Shown: one piece after another, positions 9,987 through 20,673 of the stretch
Numbering within the stretch: position 1 is the stretch's first letter
Layout: each line of letters starts with the position of its first letter
NCBI GenBank assembly: GCA_039809385.1
Contig: JBDHUY010000006.1
Location: forward strand, 67,527 to 107,526
Length of the DNA stretch: 40,000 nucleotides
Direction of reading: 5' to 3'
Origin: Candidatus Altimarinota bacterium
GTDB taxonomy: Bacteria; Patescibacteriota; Gracilibacteria; JBDHUY01
The notes under the pieces: model-generated
Database searches by the model: none
The model's input: only the letters and a program-made list of their open reading frames with translations
What the model was told of the DNA's origin: nothing
Made by a program: the position numbers and the translations under genes

Positions 9987-10694
9987 ATGCCTCGTATCAG
10001 CATTATCATTCCAACTCTGAACGAAGAAAAGTATATTGGGAAACTATTACAATCGATTCAAGCGCAAAGTAAACAGCCAGACGAAGTATTTGTCGTCGAT
10101 GCGGGATCGCACGATAATACAAGGGATGAAATCGGACACTTTCCCGAGGTACGGTTTCTTCCGTTTCATCCGCCAGTAGGAGGACAACGTAGCGAAGGTG
10201 GGAGAAGCGCAACCGGAGACATCTTGTTCTTTCTGGATGCCGATACCGAACTAACACCGGATTTTATAGAAAGAAGTCTTCGCCACATTGAACGGCAAAA
10301 GCTGGAAATTGCCTGTCCGTATTATTGGCCACAGCGTTCAACCCCCGGGATAAAACTGGTGTTTGCTTTTTTCAACAGTATGTTTTTTCTGTTTCAAAAA
10401 ATCATCCCGAGCGGCGCAGGCCCCTGTATTATTGTCAAAAAAGAGTTGTTTGAAAAGGTAGGCGGCTTTCAGGGACAGTTGGTTTATGACGATATCGCAT
10501 TTATCCGTAGCGCTTCCAGAAAAGGCCGTTTTGGGATGGTTCACGCCACCATTTCGGTATCAGATCGGCGGTTTAAAACGTTCGGAACCTGGAGAACATT
10601 CGGTAAGTATCTTTTGCTGTCCTTCCTGTTCTCAATAGGCGCATTTCGCCTAGCCAATAGTATAAAATATCCCTTTGGCCGGCACAAATTCTAA
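9987..10694 (+). CDS. family 2 glycosyltransferase (GT-A fold)
   Basis: ISIIIPTLNEEKYIGKLLQSIQAQ, VFVVDAGSHDNT and FLDADT (DxD) are the classic GT2 N-terminal arrangement. Confidence 0.8.
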   Translation: MPRISIIIPTLNEEKYIGKLLQSIQAQSKQPDEVFVVDAGSHDNTRDEIGHFPEVRFLPFHPPVGGQRSEGGRSATGDILFFLDADTELTPDFIERSLRHIERQKLEIACPYYWPQRSTPGIKLVFAFFNSMFFLFQKIIPSGAGPCIIVKKELFEKVGGFQGQLVYDDIAFIRSASRKGRFGMVHATISVSDRRFKTFGTWRTFGKYLLLSFLFSIGAFRLANSIKYPFGRHKF

Positions 10695-11776
10695 ATAATA
10701 ATACCACCGCCCAAGACCTCCTCGTTCCGGTAAAAAACCGCAGACTGACCGGGAGTCAGCGCCCGAACGGGAGAATGAAACGCGAGCCGATAGGTACCGT
10801 TTTCTTTAACAAGATCGGCTTTAAAAGGATTTTTTGTATACCGCGGTTTTACCAAAACATTGTCGATACGGTCGGGGAAAACAGGATTCAAAAAAGTGAC
10901 ATCTTCGAGCCGACAGGAATCAGAAAACAGATCGGCCTCGTCGCCCAGCCAGACAGTATTGTCTTTCGTGTCGAAGCCAGTGACATAGAGAGGACGGGAA
11001 TAGCCTTTGATATGAATACCCCGGCGCTGACCGATGGTAAAATGAAAGAGACCATTATGGGTGCCCAAAACTTCCCCGTCTTTGGTCTTGAGCACGCCTG
11101 GCTGCTGGAGAGAAGTAGGCAAATAACGTTCCAGAAAATTATACGGCTTATCTTCGGGGTAAAAACATAAGTTTTGGCTTTCCTGATACTGGGTTCGTTT
11201 AAAACCGTCGAGACCGAACTTTTGGGCCAGATCCTTAACTTCTTCTTTAGTCAAATTCCCAAGCGGAAAAATCGTTTTGGACAATTTTTTTTGGTCAAGC
11301 GCATATAAAAAATAGGACTGATCTTTCGCCTTATCTTTGGCTTCGAATAAATGAAATATACCATTATTTTCACGAATAGAAGCATAGTGACCGGTAGCCC
11401 AGTACTGAGCACCGAATTCAGACAATTTATCGATCATGAGACCAAACTTCACATCCCGGTTGCACATAATACACGGATTGGGCGTCCAGCCCTTTTCATA
11501 GCCATTGAGATAATAATCGACTACCTTTTCTTTAAAAGCATCGACCAGATTCAGTACGTAAAAGGGTATATCGAGCTTATCGGCAACCTGCCGGGCCCGT
11601 AATTGGGTTTCGAGGGAACAGCATTTGTTCTCCTTGGCACCGTCGTACACGACCATCGGATCGACCCAGAAACGCAAAAAAACGCCCACCACATTGTACC
11701 CCTGCTCTTTAAGTAACATGGCGGTCACGCTGGAATCGACCCCTCCCGACATACCGACAACGACTGTTTTGGGCAT
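10691..11776 (-). CDS. mnmA: tRNA-specific 2-thiouridylase
   Basis: PP-loop VVVGMSGGVDSSV. The conserved blocks TPNPCIMCN, KFG and ATGHYA, and a length of 361 aa, are typical of MnmA. Confidence 0.9.
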   Translation of the reverse strand: MPKTVVVGMSGGVDSSVTAMLLKEQGYNVVGVFLRFWVDPMVVYDGAKENKCCSLETQLRARQVADKLDIPFYVLNLVDAFKEKVVDYYLNGYEKGWTPNPCIMCNRDVKFGLMIDKLSEFGAQYWATGHYASIRENNGIFHLFEAKDKAKDQSYFLYALDQKKLSKTIFPLGNLTKEEVKDLAQKFGLDGFKRTQYQESQNLCFYPEDKPYNFLERYLPTSLQQPGVLKTKDGEVLGTHNGLFHFTIGQRRGIHIKGYSRPLYVTGFDTKDNTVWLGDEADLFSDSCRLEDVTFLNPVFPDRIDNVLVKPRYTKNPFKADLVKENGTYRLAFHSPVRALTPGQSAVFYRNEEVLGGGIII

Positions 11777-11911
11777 ACTGATAGCATAAAAATTGTATCA
11801 TTTTCCATTGCCTCATCATACTGAAGCAGGCATCAAAAAACATGAATGCAGGGATATACTGGTCAAAAAGGCGCTTGGGCTATATATCCTATAGATTGCT
11901 CAAAGTTTTTT

Positions 11912-12868
11912 TCATAATTGAAAGACAAACTGTCCGACTTTTCCGTCTTGAAAACTTCCGAGACAAGCAAGGCCGTATTCGCCGAAATAATCGATAAGCG
12001 CTTCTTTAAGATAATATCGGGTCCGAAAAAGTTCAATCTCTTCCCCCGGCATGATAATGGTATGCGTACTGCGAAAATTTATGCTGATCTTTTGTTTGCT
12101 TTGAAAAAAGTAGATGAGTTCTATGCCCTTGGCCGGGATACTTTTGACAAGGCGTAGTCCCATGGTACCTGCCGCGGAAGGCACATTCAACTGCTGCAGC
12201 GGTAGAAAATAACGATGCTTTGCCGGGTCGTGATCTATTTTTGCGGAGACTTCTTTAAACAATTTCATGGTACTCATTTCGGTCTCGTCGGGACGCAGAT
12301 CTGTATCAAACCATAGAATATCGCCTTTGCGGAGCAGATTTACCAGGATATCCATAATCTCGGTAAGTACAAAACTGCCAAAAGTCGTTCCCAAAAAGAC
12401 ATATACTCTCGGAGCGTTCATATCGATAACTTCATTCATTTCGGCGATAAAATAGTATTTGGAAAAATCGCCGCGGATAAAGTGACAGGGAAAAGAAACA
12501 CCGCTGTAAGCAGCTTCGGCCAATTTGATCATTTCCGCGGAGGAATCAATGGCGACGTAGGAGAATTGAGACGATTGACGGGACAGGCTGTCCAGGAGCT
12601 CGTGTTCCTGACAACCATTCCCGCTGGCTAAGGAAATGAATACAAATGGGCGACCTTTCAGATGAGGTGCTATAATTTTTTTAAAGAACGGGGCATAGTG
12701 GGTAGGGTCGAGATTTCCCCCTTTTTGAATACGGTTTTGTCGCATGGAATAGTACTGGCTGGCGCCATTGGACATATACGAATATTTCTGATCGAGTGAC
12801 CGATGCCGCAAATCATCGATCAGATCCTGATTGACTTCGCGATCCGAGATAATATCAATATGATCCAT
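11912..12868 (-). CDS. SAM-dependent methyltransferase of the EgtD/Methyltransf_33 fold
   Basis: Block-wise resemblance to EgtD-type enzymes: FISLASGNGCQEHELLDSL (SAM motif I region), YVAIDSSAEMI, RGDF, VFLGTTFGSF, DILWFDTDL. No other ergothioneine genes are nearby. Confidence 0.6.
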   Translation of the reverse strand: MDHIDIISDREVNQDLIDDLRHRSLDQKYSYMSNGASQYYSMRQNRIQKGGNLDPTHYAPFFKKIIAPHLKGRPFVFISLASGNGCQEHELLDSLSRQSSQFSYVAIDSSAEMIKLAEAAYSGVSFPCHFIRGDFSKYYFIAEMNEVIDMNAPRVYVFLGTTFGSFVLTEIMDILVNLLRKGDILWFDTDLRPDETEMSTMKLFKEVSAKIDHDPAKHRYFLPLQQLNVPSAAGTMGLRLVKSIPAKGIELIYFFQSKQKISINFRSTHTIIMPGEEIELFRTRYYLKEALIDYFGEYGLACLGSFQDGKVGQFVFQL

Positions 12869-13090
12869 GGTATAAAAGAAAGAAATGCGACCTGGATATT
12901 ATACCGAAAAAGGGAAAACAGGCTAAAGTATTTCATCATTGTAGCCCTCAACAAAATTCAGTGATAGTTGACCAAAATGGAGAAAAAGCAATGTTCCGAA
13001 CAAAATTTTGACAACAAATCACAACAAGAATAGTGTTACAAGTGTCCACTTCCTTTCATTTCATTTTATTTCACTTTCTTTCATTTCTTT

Positions 13091-13390
13091 ATGGAAAATC
13101 CAACCAACCTGGCTATCGGGCTGTGGAAATTTAAGGATACGGTGCCGTTATCCAGATTATTGGAAGTTGCGCAGGATTGGTCGAAGGAACCTGCTTATAC
13201 ACATTTATATCTGCGTAAATGCTCCAAAGATCAACATGCGATCGGTTTTGAATATGAGCTTTCGGAAAAGAGTGAAAAAGCCCATCGCGACTATTTTGAC
13301 CAAACATCTGACCTGTTAAAGCGTTCTTTCGGCAACGATTTCGTGGGGTGGGACGTCAGTTCCGGCAACAATGTTCACATTGTCAAATAG
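13091..13390 (+). CDS. hypothetical protein (99 aa)
   Basis: ATG ORF preceded by a T-rich tract and followed by a strong hairpin. No motif recognised. Confidence 0.4.
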   Translation: MENPTNLAIGLWKFKDTVPLSRLLEVAQDWSKEPAYTHLYLRKCSKDQHAIGFEYELSEKSEKAHRDYFDQTSDLLKRSFGNDFVGWDVSSGNNVHIVK

Positions 13391-13420
13391 TCTTTGACCA
13401 AGAATGACTAAGATGTAGAG

Positions 13421-13463
13421 GAAGACCTGTCAAGAAACCCAAGAAAGTGGTCGACAGGTCTTC
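13421..13463. terminator. convergent-gene hairpin (11-bp perfect stem)
   Basis: gaagacctgtc (13421-13431) pairs with gacaggtcttc (13453-13463). It lies between the 13091 ORF (+) and dtd (-). Confidence 0.4.
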
Positions 13464-13464
13464 T

Positions 13465-13911
13465 TCAAAATGTATCGGTATCAAAGTTCAATGTAAACGG
13501 TCCGTCGTTCACCAAAGAAACCACCATATGCGCCCCGAAACGTCCGGTCTGGACCCGTACCCCGCCCTGTTCCAGTTCCCTAATACAGGATTCGTACAGA
13601 GGTACAGCCTGCTCGGGACGAGCGGCATTGGTAAAACTGGGTCTCCTGCCGGACGAAAGATCGGCATACAGCGTAAACTGGGAAATCAGCAAGATCTCGC
13701 CGCCAGCGTCTAAAATAGACAGATTCGTCTTGCCATCGCTGTCTGAGAAAAAACGAGTATTCAGAAGCTTATTGACCATTTTTTCGAGCGAAGAAACAGT
13801 ATCCTCATGAGAGATTCCCAATAATACCAGAGCTCCGGCTCCGATAGAACCGACAACCTCCCCATCGACCGAAACCGAAGCCGAAGTAACACGCTGAACG
13901 GTTGCCCGCAT
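13465..13911 (-). CDS. dtd: D-aminoacyl-tRNA deacylase
   Basis: MRATVQRV start, then SQFTLYAD, GRRPSF and NDGPFT motifs, about 148 aa. I moved the start to the second Met (13911), matching the canonical Dtd N-terminus. Confidence 0.9.
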   Translation of the reverse strand: MRATVQRVTSASVSVDGEVVGSIGAGALVLLGISHEDTVSSLEKMVNKLLNTRFFSDSDGKTNLSILDAGGEILLISQFTLYADLSSGRRPSFTNAARPEQAVPLYESCIRELEQGGVRVQTGRFGAHMVVSLVNDGPFTLNFDTDTF

Positions 13912-14035
13912 AGGATTTTTTGTGGTAAGGTACACAACGATATGTATTCTACACGGGATGATGGGCTACAGGCAAGCCAAGGATGTGTAAGATACACGAA
14001 AGATTCCTCCCTCTACCAATTTCAATAAGGTATCC

Positions 14036-15427
14036 ATGAAAATCGGCAGTATAACATACTTTTGGGTAAGTGTCTTCCTTCTCGCTGTTCTGGCAAGTCA
14101 TCTAGTGTTACCCTCGATCGCTTTTGCCGCCACAAATCTAACGGTAGGACCCCAAGATATTCGTTTTTCCAAAGCTGAACCGCTGGTGGGAGAAAGTATC
14201 CGTATCTATGCCAAGATCGCTAACCGCGGCAACGACGACCAGCGCGGCATCGTAAAATTTTTTGAAGGAAAAAACAAACAGATCGGCCCCGACCAGCCTT
14301 TTTCGATCCTGCAAAACAACACGGCCGACGTATTTACCGATTATACCAACCTGGCTTACGGCGAAAAAAATATCAGCGTGCGGGTGATTCCCTTCGGCAA
14401 GGCCGGCGAACTGATTACCTCCCAGACAACTTTGTTTGTCGACAGGGACAGCGACCAGGATGGAACTCCAGACCGCAAAGACGACGATGACGACAACGAT
14501 GGTGTCATCGATGAAAAAGACGCTTTTCCGTTTGATCCAAAAGAGTCGGCCGACAACGACAAAGATGGGATAGGCGACAATAAAGACAGCGATGACGACA
14601 ACGACGGCCTGCTGGATCAGGAAGAAGAAGCCAAAGGTACCGATCCGAAGCGGTTCGATAGTGACGGAGACGAGCGGGGCGATAAAGACGACATCTTTCC
14701 GCTGGATAAAAACGAATGGGAAGACAGCGATCAGGACGGTATCGGCAATAATAGCGAATCGGACGATGATAACGACGGTGTTCCAGATGAAGAGGACGCT
14801 TTTCCAAGGGATAAAAGCGAATCTCGGGACTTTGACCAGGATCGGATCGGCGACAATCGTGATCTGGATGACGACAACGACGGGCTATCGGACGGTCGGG
14901 AAAAGGACTTGGGTACGAATGCTCTGGACCCCGATACCGACGGCGACGGCACACTGGATGGACAAGATGATTTTCCGCTCGACAGTTCGGAGGATAAAGA
15001 TACCGATCATGACGGTCTGGGGGATAAGCTCGATCCGAACAACCGGAATAAGGGGCCACTCCTCAAATACCGCGTAGAAACGGATCTAAGTCCGTTTTTA
15101 CCGTACTTTTTTGACGCGGAACAAAGCAGCGATCCTGATGGAGAGATTGCAAAAATAGCATGGAAGATTGACAATCGTGTAATCGAAGAAACCGGTTTTG
15201 TGGATTTTTTTCTCATGCCGGGAAATCATACGCTGGAACTCACCGTAACCGACAATGACGGCGAATACCGGAAAAAAACTTTTATACTGTGGGTCTCTCC
15301 GGTGATCTACATTCTTATTATCCTTATCGGACTAACAATCTGGATAGTACGCAAAGTTTTGAAAAGACGTACGACAAAGCCGTTTACTCGGAAAGAGATC
15401 GAGCAAAAGAACTTAAGAAATAAGTAG
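14036..15427 (+). CDS. secreted/anchored calcium-binding surface protein (CARDB-like domain, thrombospondin type-3-like Asp repeats, PKD-like domain, C-terminal TM)
   Basis: N-terminal signal (FLLAVLASHLVLPSIAFA). Many DxDxDGxxDxxD units (DSDQDGTPD, DDNDGVIDEKD, DKDGIGDNKD, DTDGDGTLDGQD and others). A PKD-like segment DPDGEIAKIAWKID...LELTVTDNDGEY. C-terminal helix VIYILIILIGLTIWIV followed by a basic tail. Confidence 0.8.
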   Translation: MKIGSITYFWVSVFLLAVLASHLVLPSIAFAATNLTVGPQDIRFSKAEPLVGESIRIYAKIANRGNDDQRGIVKFFEGKNKQIGPDQPFSILQNNTADVFTDYTNLAYGEKNISVRVIPFGKAGELITSQTTLFVDRDSDQDGTPDRKDDDDDNDGVIDEKDAFPFDPKESADNDKDGIGDNKDSDDDNDGLLDQEEEAKGTDPKRFDSDGDERGDKDDIFPLDKNEWEDSDQDGIGNNSESDDDNDGVPDEEDAFPRDKSESRDFDQDRIGDNRDLDDDNDGLSDGREKDLGTNALDPDTDGDGTLDGQDDFPLDSSEDKDTDHDGLGDKLDPNNRNKGPLLKYRVETDLSPFLPYFFDAEQSSDPDGEIAKIAWKIDNRVIEETGFVDFFLMPGNHTLELTVTDNDGEYRKKTFILWVSPVIYILIILIGLTIWIVRKVLKRRTTKPFTRKEIEQKNLRNK

Positions 15428-15682
15428 TTTGAATTAAGAAATTTACGCAGGACTAGGTCTCTGACCTGGTGCTGTCCTTTTAGAAAACAGATTTATCCTT
15501 CATCCAAAAAGTACACCACTTACGATCCTACCTGAACGTTTTGTAAAAAGTTATGAATCAGATCAGGAGATCTGATCCTGCCAAGAATGAGCAGAAAAGA
15601 GACAACTAGTTATATGGAGCCATACGAGCAGGCGCAGCAGCGAAACTTTTATTCGGAAAATTACGAATATCAGCATTTAACT

Positions 15683-15994
15683 TTAGTCTGAATCGAACAT
15701 TTTCAAAGTTGCCTCTACACGAGCTAACAGCGTATCAAAAACGAGATGCGGGTGTAAGGAACGGTCGGTTATGATAAACTCGGTTAACCAAGGAGACAGA
15801 AACCACATTAAATGCTGTGGAGGAAGTCTTTCATCGCCCAATTGCTGAAAACGTTCCAAAAAAAGATTCAAAGCCTTTGAGAAATCATTAAAACGAGGCT
15901 GGCGAGAGACTCTTTCAGACGTCTCCTGAGACAAAGTTTGCTGAATTTCAAGCATATACAAAAAAGAAAAAGGCTCCAATTTGTTCAGACACAA
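15683..15994 (-). CDS. hypothetical protein; TTG start at 15994 lies inside the 5S terminator U-run, so ATG at 15955 is more plausible
   Basis: ORF directly downstream of the 5S rRNA on the same strand. No motif recognised. Confidence 0.4.
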   Translation of the reverse strand: MCLNKLEPFSFLYMLEIQQTLSQETSERVSRQPRFNDFSKALNLFLERFQQLGDERLPPQHLMWFLSPWLTEFIITDRSLHPHLVFDTLLARVEATLKMFDSD

Positions 15995-16005
15995 AAAAAG
16001 GCACT

Positions 16006-16124
16006 GTCCTGGCGGCTACCCACTCTCCCACCCGCAGTGCGAGCAGTACCATAGGCCTTGGAGAGCTTAACTTCTGTGTTCGGGATGGGAACAGGTGTGA
16101 CCTCTCCAGCATAACCACCAAGAC
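16006..16124 (-). rRNA. rrf: 5S rRNA
   Basis: The minus strand reads ...UCUUGGUGGUUAUGC...CCCAUCCCGAACACAGAAGUUAAGC...GCCGCCAGGA, which matches the universal 5S core. Helix I is extended by GGCACUGU/ACAGUGCC (15999-16130) and followed by a U-run. Confidence 0.9.
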
Positions 16125-16141
16125 AGTGCCTTTTTAGTATT

Positions 16142-16456
16142 TTATCTGTTATTTTTCCATAAGTCCGGACGTGTAGACCACCAGAGCAGAAACTCGTTTC
16201 TGTAGTGATTTACAGCGTTGATTAAATCACCATGCGTATCCAGATGTTTTAGGCCGTAGTGTTCCAGCAAAAATCGAGGATCGACATTAGGATTTTGACC
16301 AAAATGGTAATTCTGAAGAGTTGCTGAAGGCAAATGATCTCTCAATGACCTCAATTCTTCAGGCATTTGAGTCACAAAATCCGGGATGACTTCGCTATTA
16401 GCCGGAGTGTAATCCGGAGGAAGTTGACCCAGAAAAATATTTGTTTTTATTCTCAT
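16142..16456 (-). CDS. hypothetical protein encoded in the 23S-5S spacer
   Basis: 104-codon ATG ORF on the rRNA strand. It occupies most of the roughly 450-nt gap between the 23S 3' end (16574) and the 5S. Composition is non-repetitive and no motif was recognised. Confidence 0.4.
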   Translation of the reverse strand: MRIKTNIFLGQLPPDYTPANSEVIPDFVTQMPEELRSLRDHLPSATLQNYHFGQNPNVDPRFLLEHYGLKHLDTHGDLINAVNHYRNEFLLWWSTRPDLWKNNR

Positions 16457-16573
16457 ACATGCAGATTCATGAATCCCAAATACTGCTTGGGATTTTTGCT
16501 AAGTTATGGACCAGGACGTATTTTTCGTCCTTCTTGCCATAAACTACTAGTCAAATTTGAGCAGAAAGAAAAA

Positions 16574-19790
<3,217 letters not shown>

Positions 19791-19985
19791 AATATTTCTT
19801 TCCACTCGTATTGACTAGTAGTCCATAGCAAGAAGCTAGGAACTACCATTTTTTATTTTATCTGTTTTGTATGAATGAACGATAATCAAACGATCGTCTG
19901 ATTATCGGTATAGTTGACGATCAACTAATTGTGACAGATACGTTTGTGTCGTATCAAAAATATCTGTCCCGATATGTCAAAGGTC

Positions 19986-20011
19986 AAAAAAGGGTGTGAA
20001 TCCTCACACCC
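19986..20011 (-). terminator. terminator-like hairpin plus U-run inside the rRNA leader
   Basis: On the minus strand, GGGUGUGA-GGAU-UCACACCC (8-bp stem) is followed by U6. Confidence 0.45.
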
Positions 20012-20132
20012 TCAAGACCAAAACAATATACTTGGTTTTACGCAAGTGGGTGTTTACGTCTCAAGGTTGTGGGGAAAAAACTTCATTCAAACTTTGTTCA
20101 AAACTTGCTCTCTCAAAACAAGGAGCGTGGTT

Positions 20133-20190
20133 ATTGTTGCAAAATAGAAAAACAAAGTCAAATCATTTTTTTAAAATTTTTTAGCAATTC
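20133..20190 (-). promoter_or_regulatory. candidate rRNA promoter with A/T-rich UP-like element
   Basis: On the minus strand: TTGACT (20161-20156), a 17-nt spacer, then AACAAT (20138-20133). It is preceded by aaaaaattttaaaaaaatga. A boxA-like GUUUUGAACAAA lies downstream at 20094-20104. Confidence 0.35.
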
Positions 20191-20573
20191 GTCAAATTAC
20201 TAGCCGAATCGGCTACAATTAAGGATTTAACTTTCGTGAAAATTTAAAAAACCGATCACCCGGAAAGAAATTTTTATTACAATTATACAAAACTCAGCGA
20301 TACAATCAGAGAACAACCAACACAAATCTTTAGAAAGGGGCCGAAAACTTTGCTCCTCAAAAAAACGAATTCTCTGCGCAATACTGTTGGAAGAAAAGGC
20401 GTTCCTCAATCGTTTTACACGAACAACATAAAACCACATCCCAGCATCGGGAAGAATAGACAAGTATTATATACATGCCATCCACCGGCTTTATAGAATG
20501 TCTCCGCTCGGCCGCCAAATATTTCACAGGATACAGCTTCGATAGCAAAAGGCAACGATCTGGTTTTCCGGAT

Positions 20574-20609
20574 ACAAAAAAACCACCCGGATTAGGGGTG
20601 GTCTTTTTT
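20574..20609. terminator. bidirectional intrinsic terminator
   Basis: An A-run, a 7-bp stem accaccc/gggtggt (20582-20602) and a T-run. This is the second of two hairpins after the S-layer gene. Confidence 0.6.
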
Positions 20610-20625
20610 GAGAAACAAAACCTCA

Positions 20626-20655
20626 AGCGGGGATACAAGATCTTGTATCCCCGCT
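20626..20655 (-). terminator. 30-nt perfect palindrome directly after the S-layer gene stop
   Basis: agcggggatacaaga/tcttgtatccccgct form 15-nt perfect arms starting 19 nt downstream of the stop codon. On the minus strand it is followed by a U-rich stretch. Confidence 0.6.
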
Positions 20656-20673
20656 ATTTTCTATGACAACAAA

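Noticed and set aside
13051-13090. T-rich ttca(t/c)tt repeats immediately upstream of the 13091 ORF
   Set aside because: This is short, low-complexity pyrimidine-rich sequence. It is most simply an A/T-rich untranslated leader or promoter-proximal tract, and there is not enough structure to call it a distinct element.
14356-15216. Antisense or out-of-frame ORFs over the TSP3-repeat gene (14505-15059, 14592-15077, 14731-14952 and others)
   Set aside because: They are shadows of a biased Asp/Gly-codon repeat region. Their translations are low-complexity (Arg/Pro/Ser-rich), and the + frame gene has signal, domain and anchor logic.
20227-20666. ORFs between the S-layer terminators and the rRNA promoter (20227-20463, 20357-20638, 20475-20666)
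   Set aside because: They read through two strong terminator hairpins or overlap each other, and their composition is implausible. The region is better explained as terminators plus rRNA upstream and promoter DNA.
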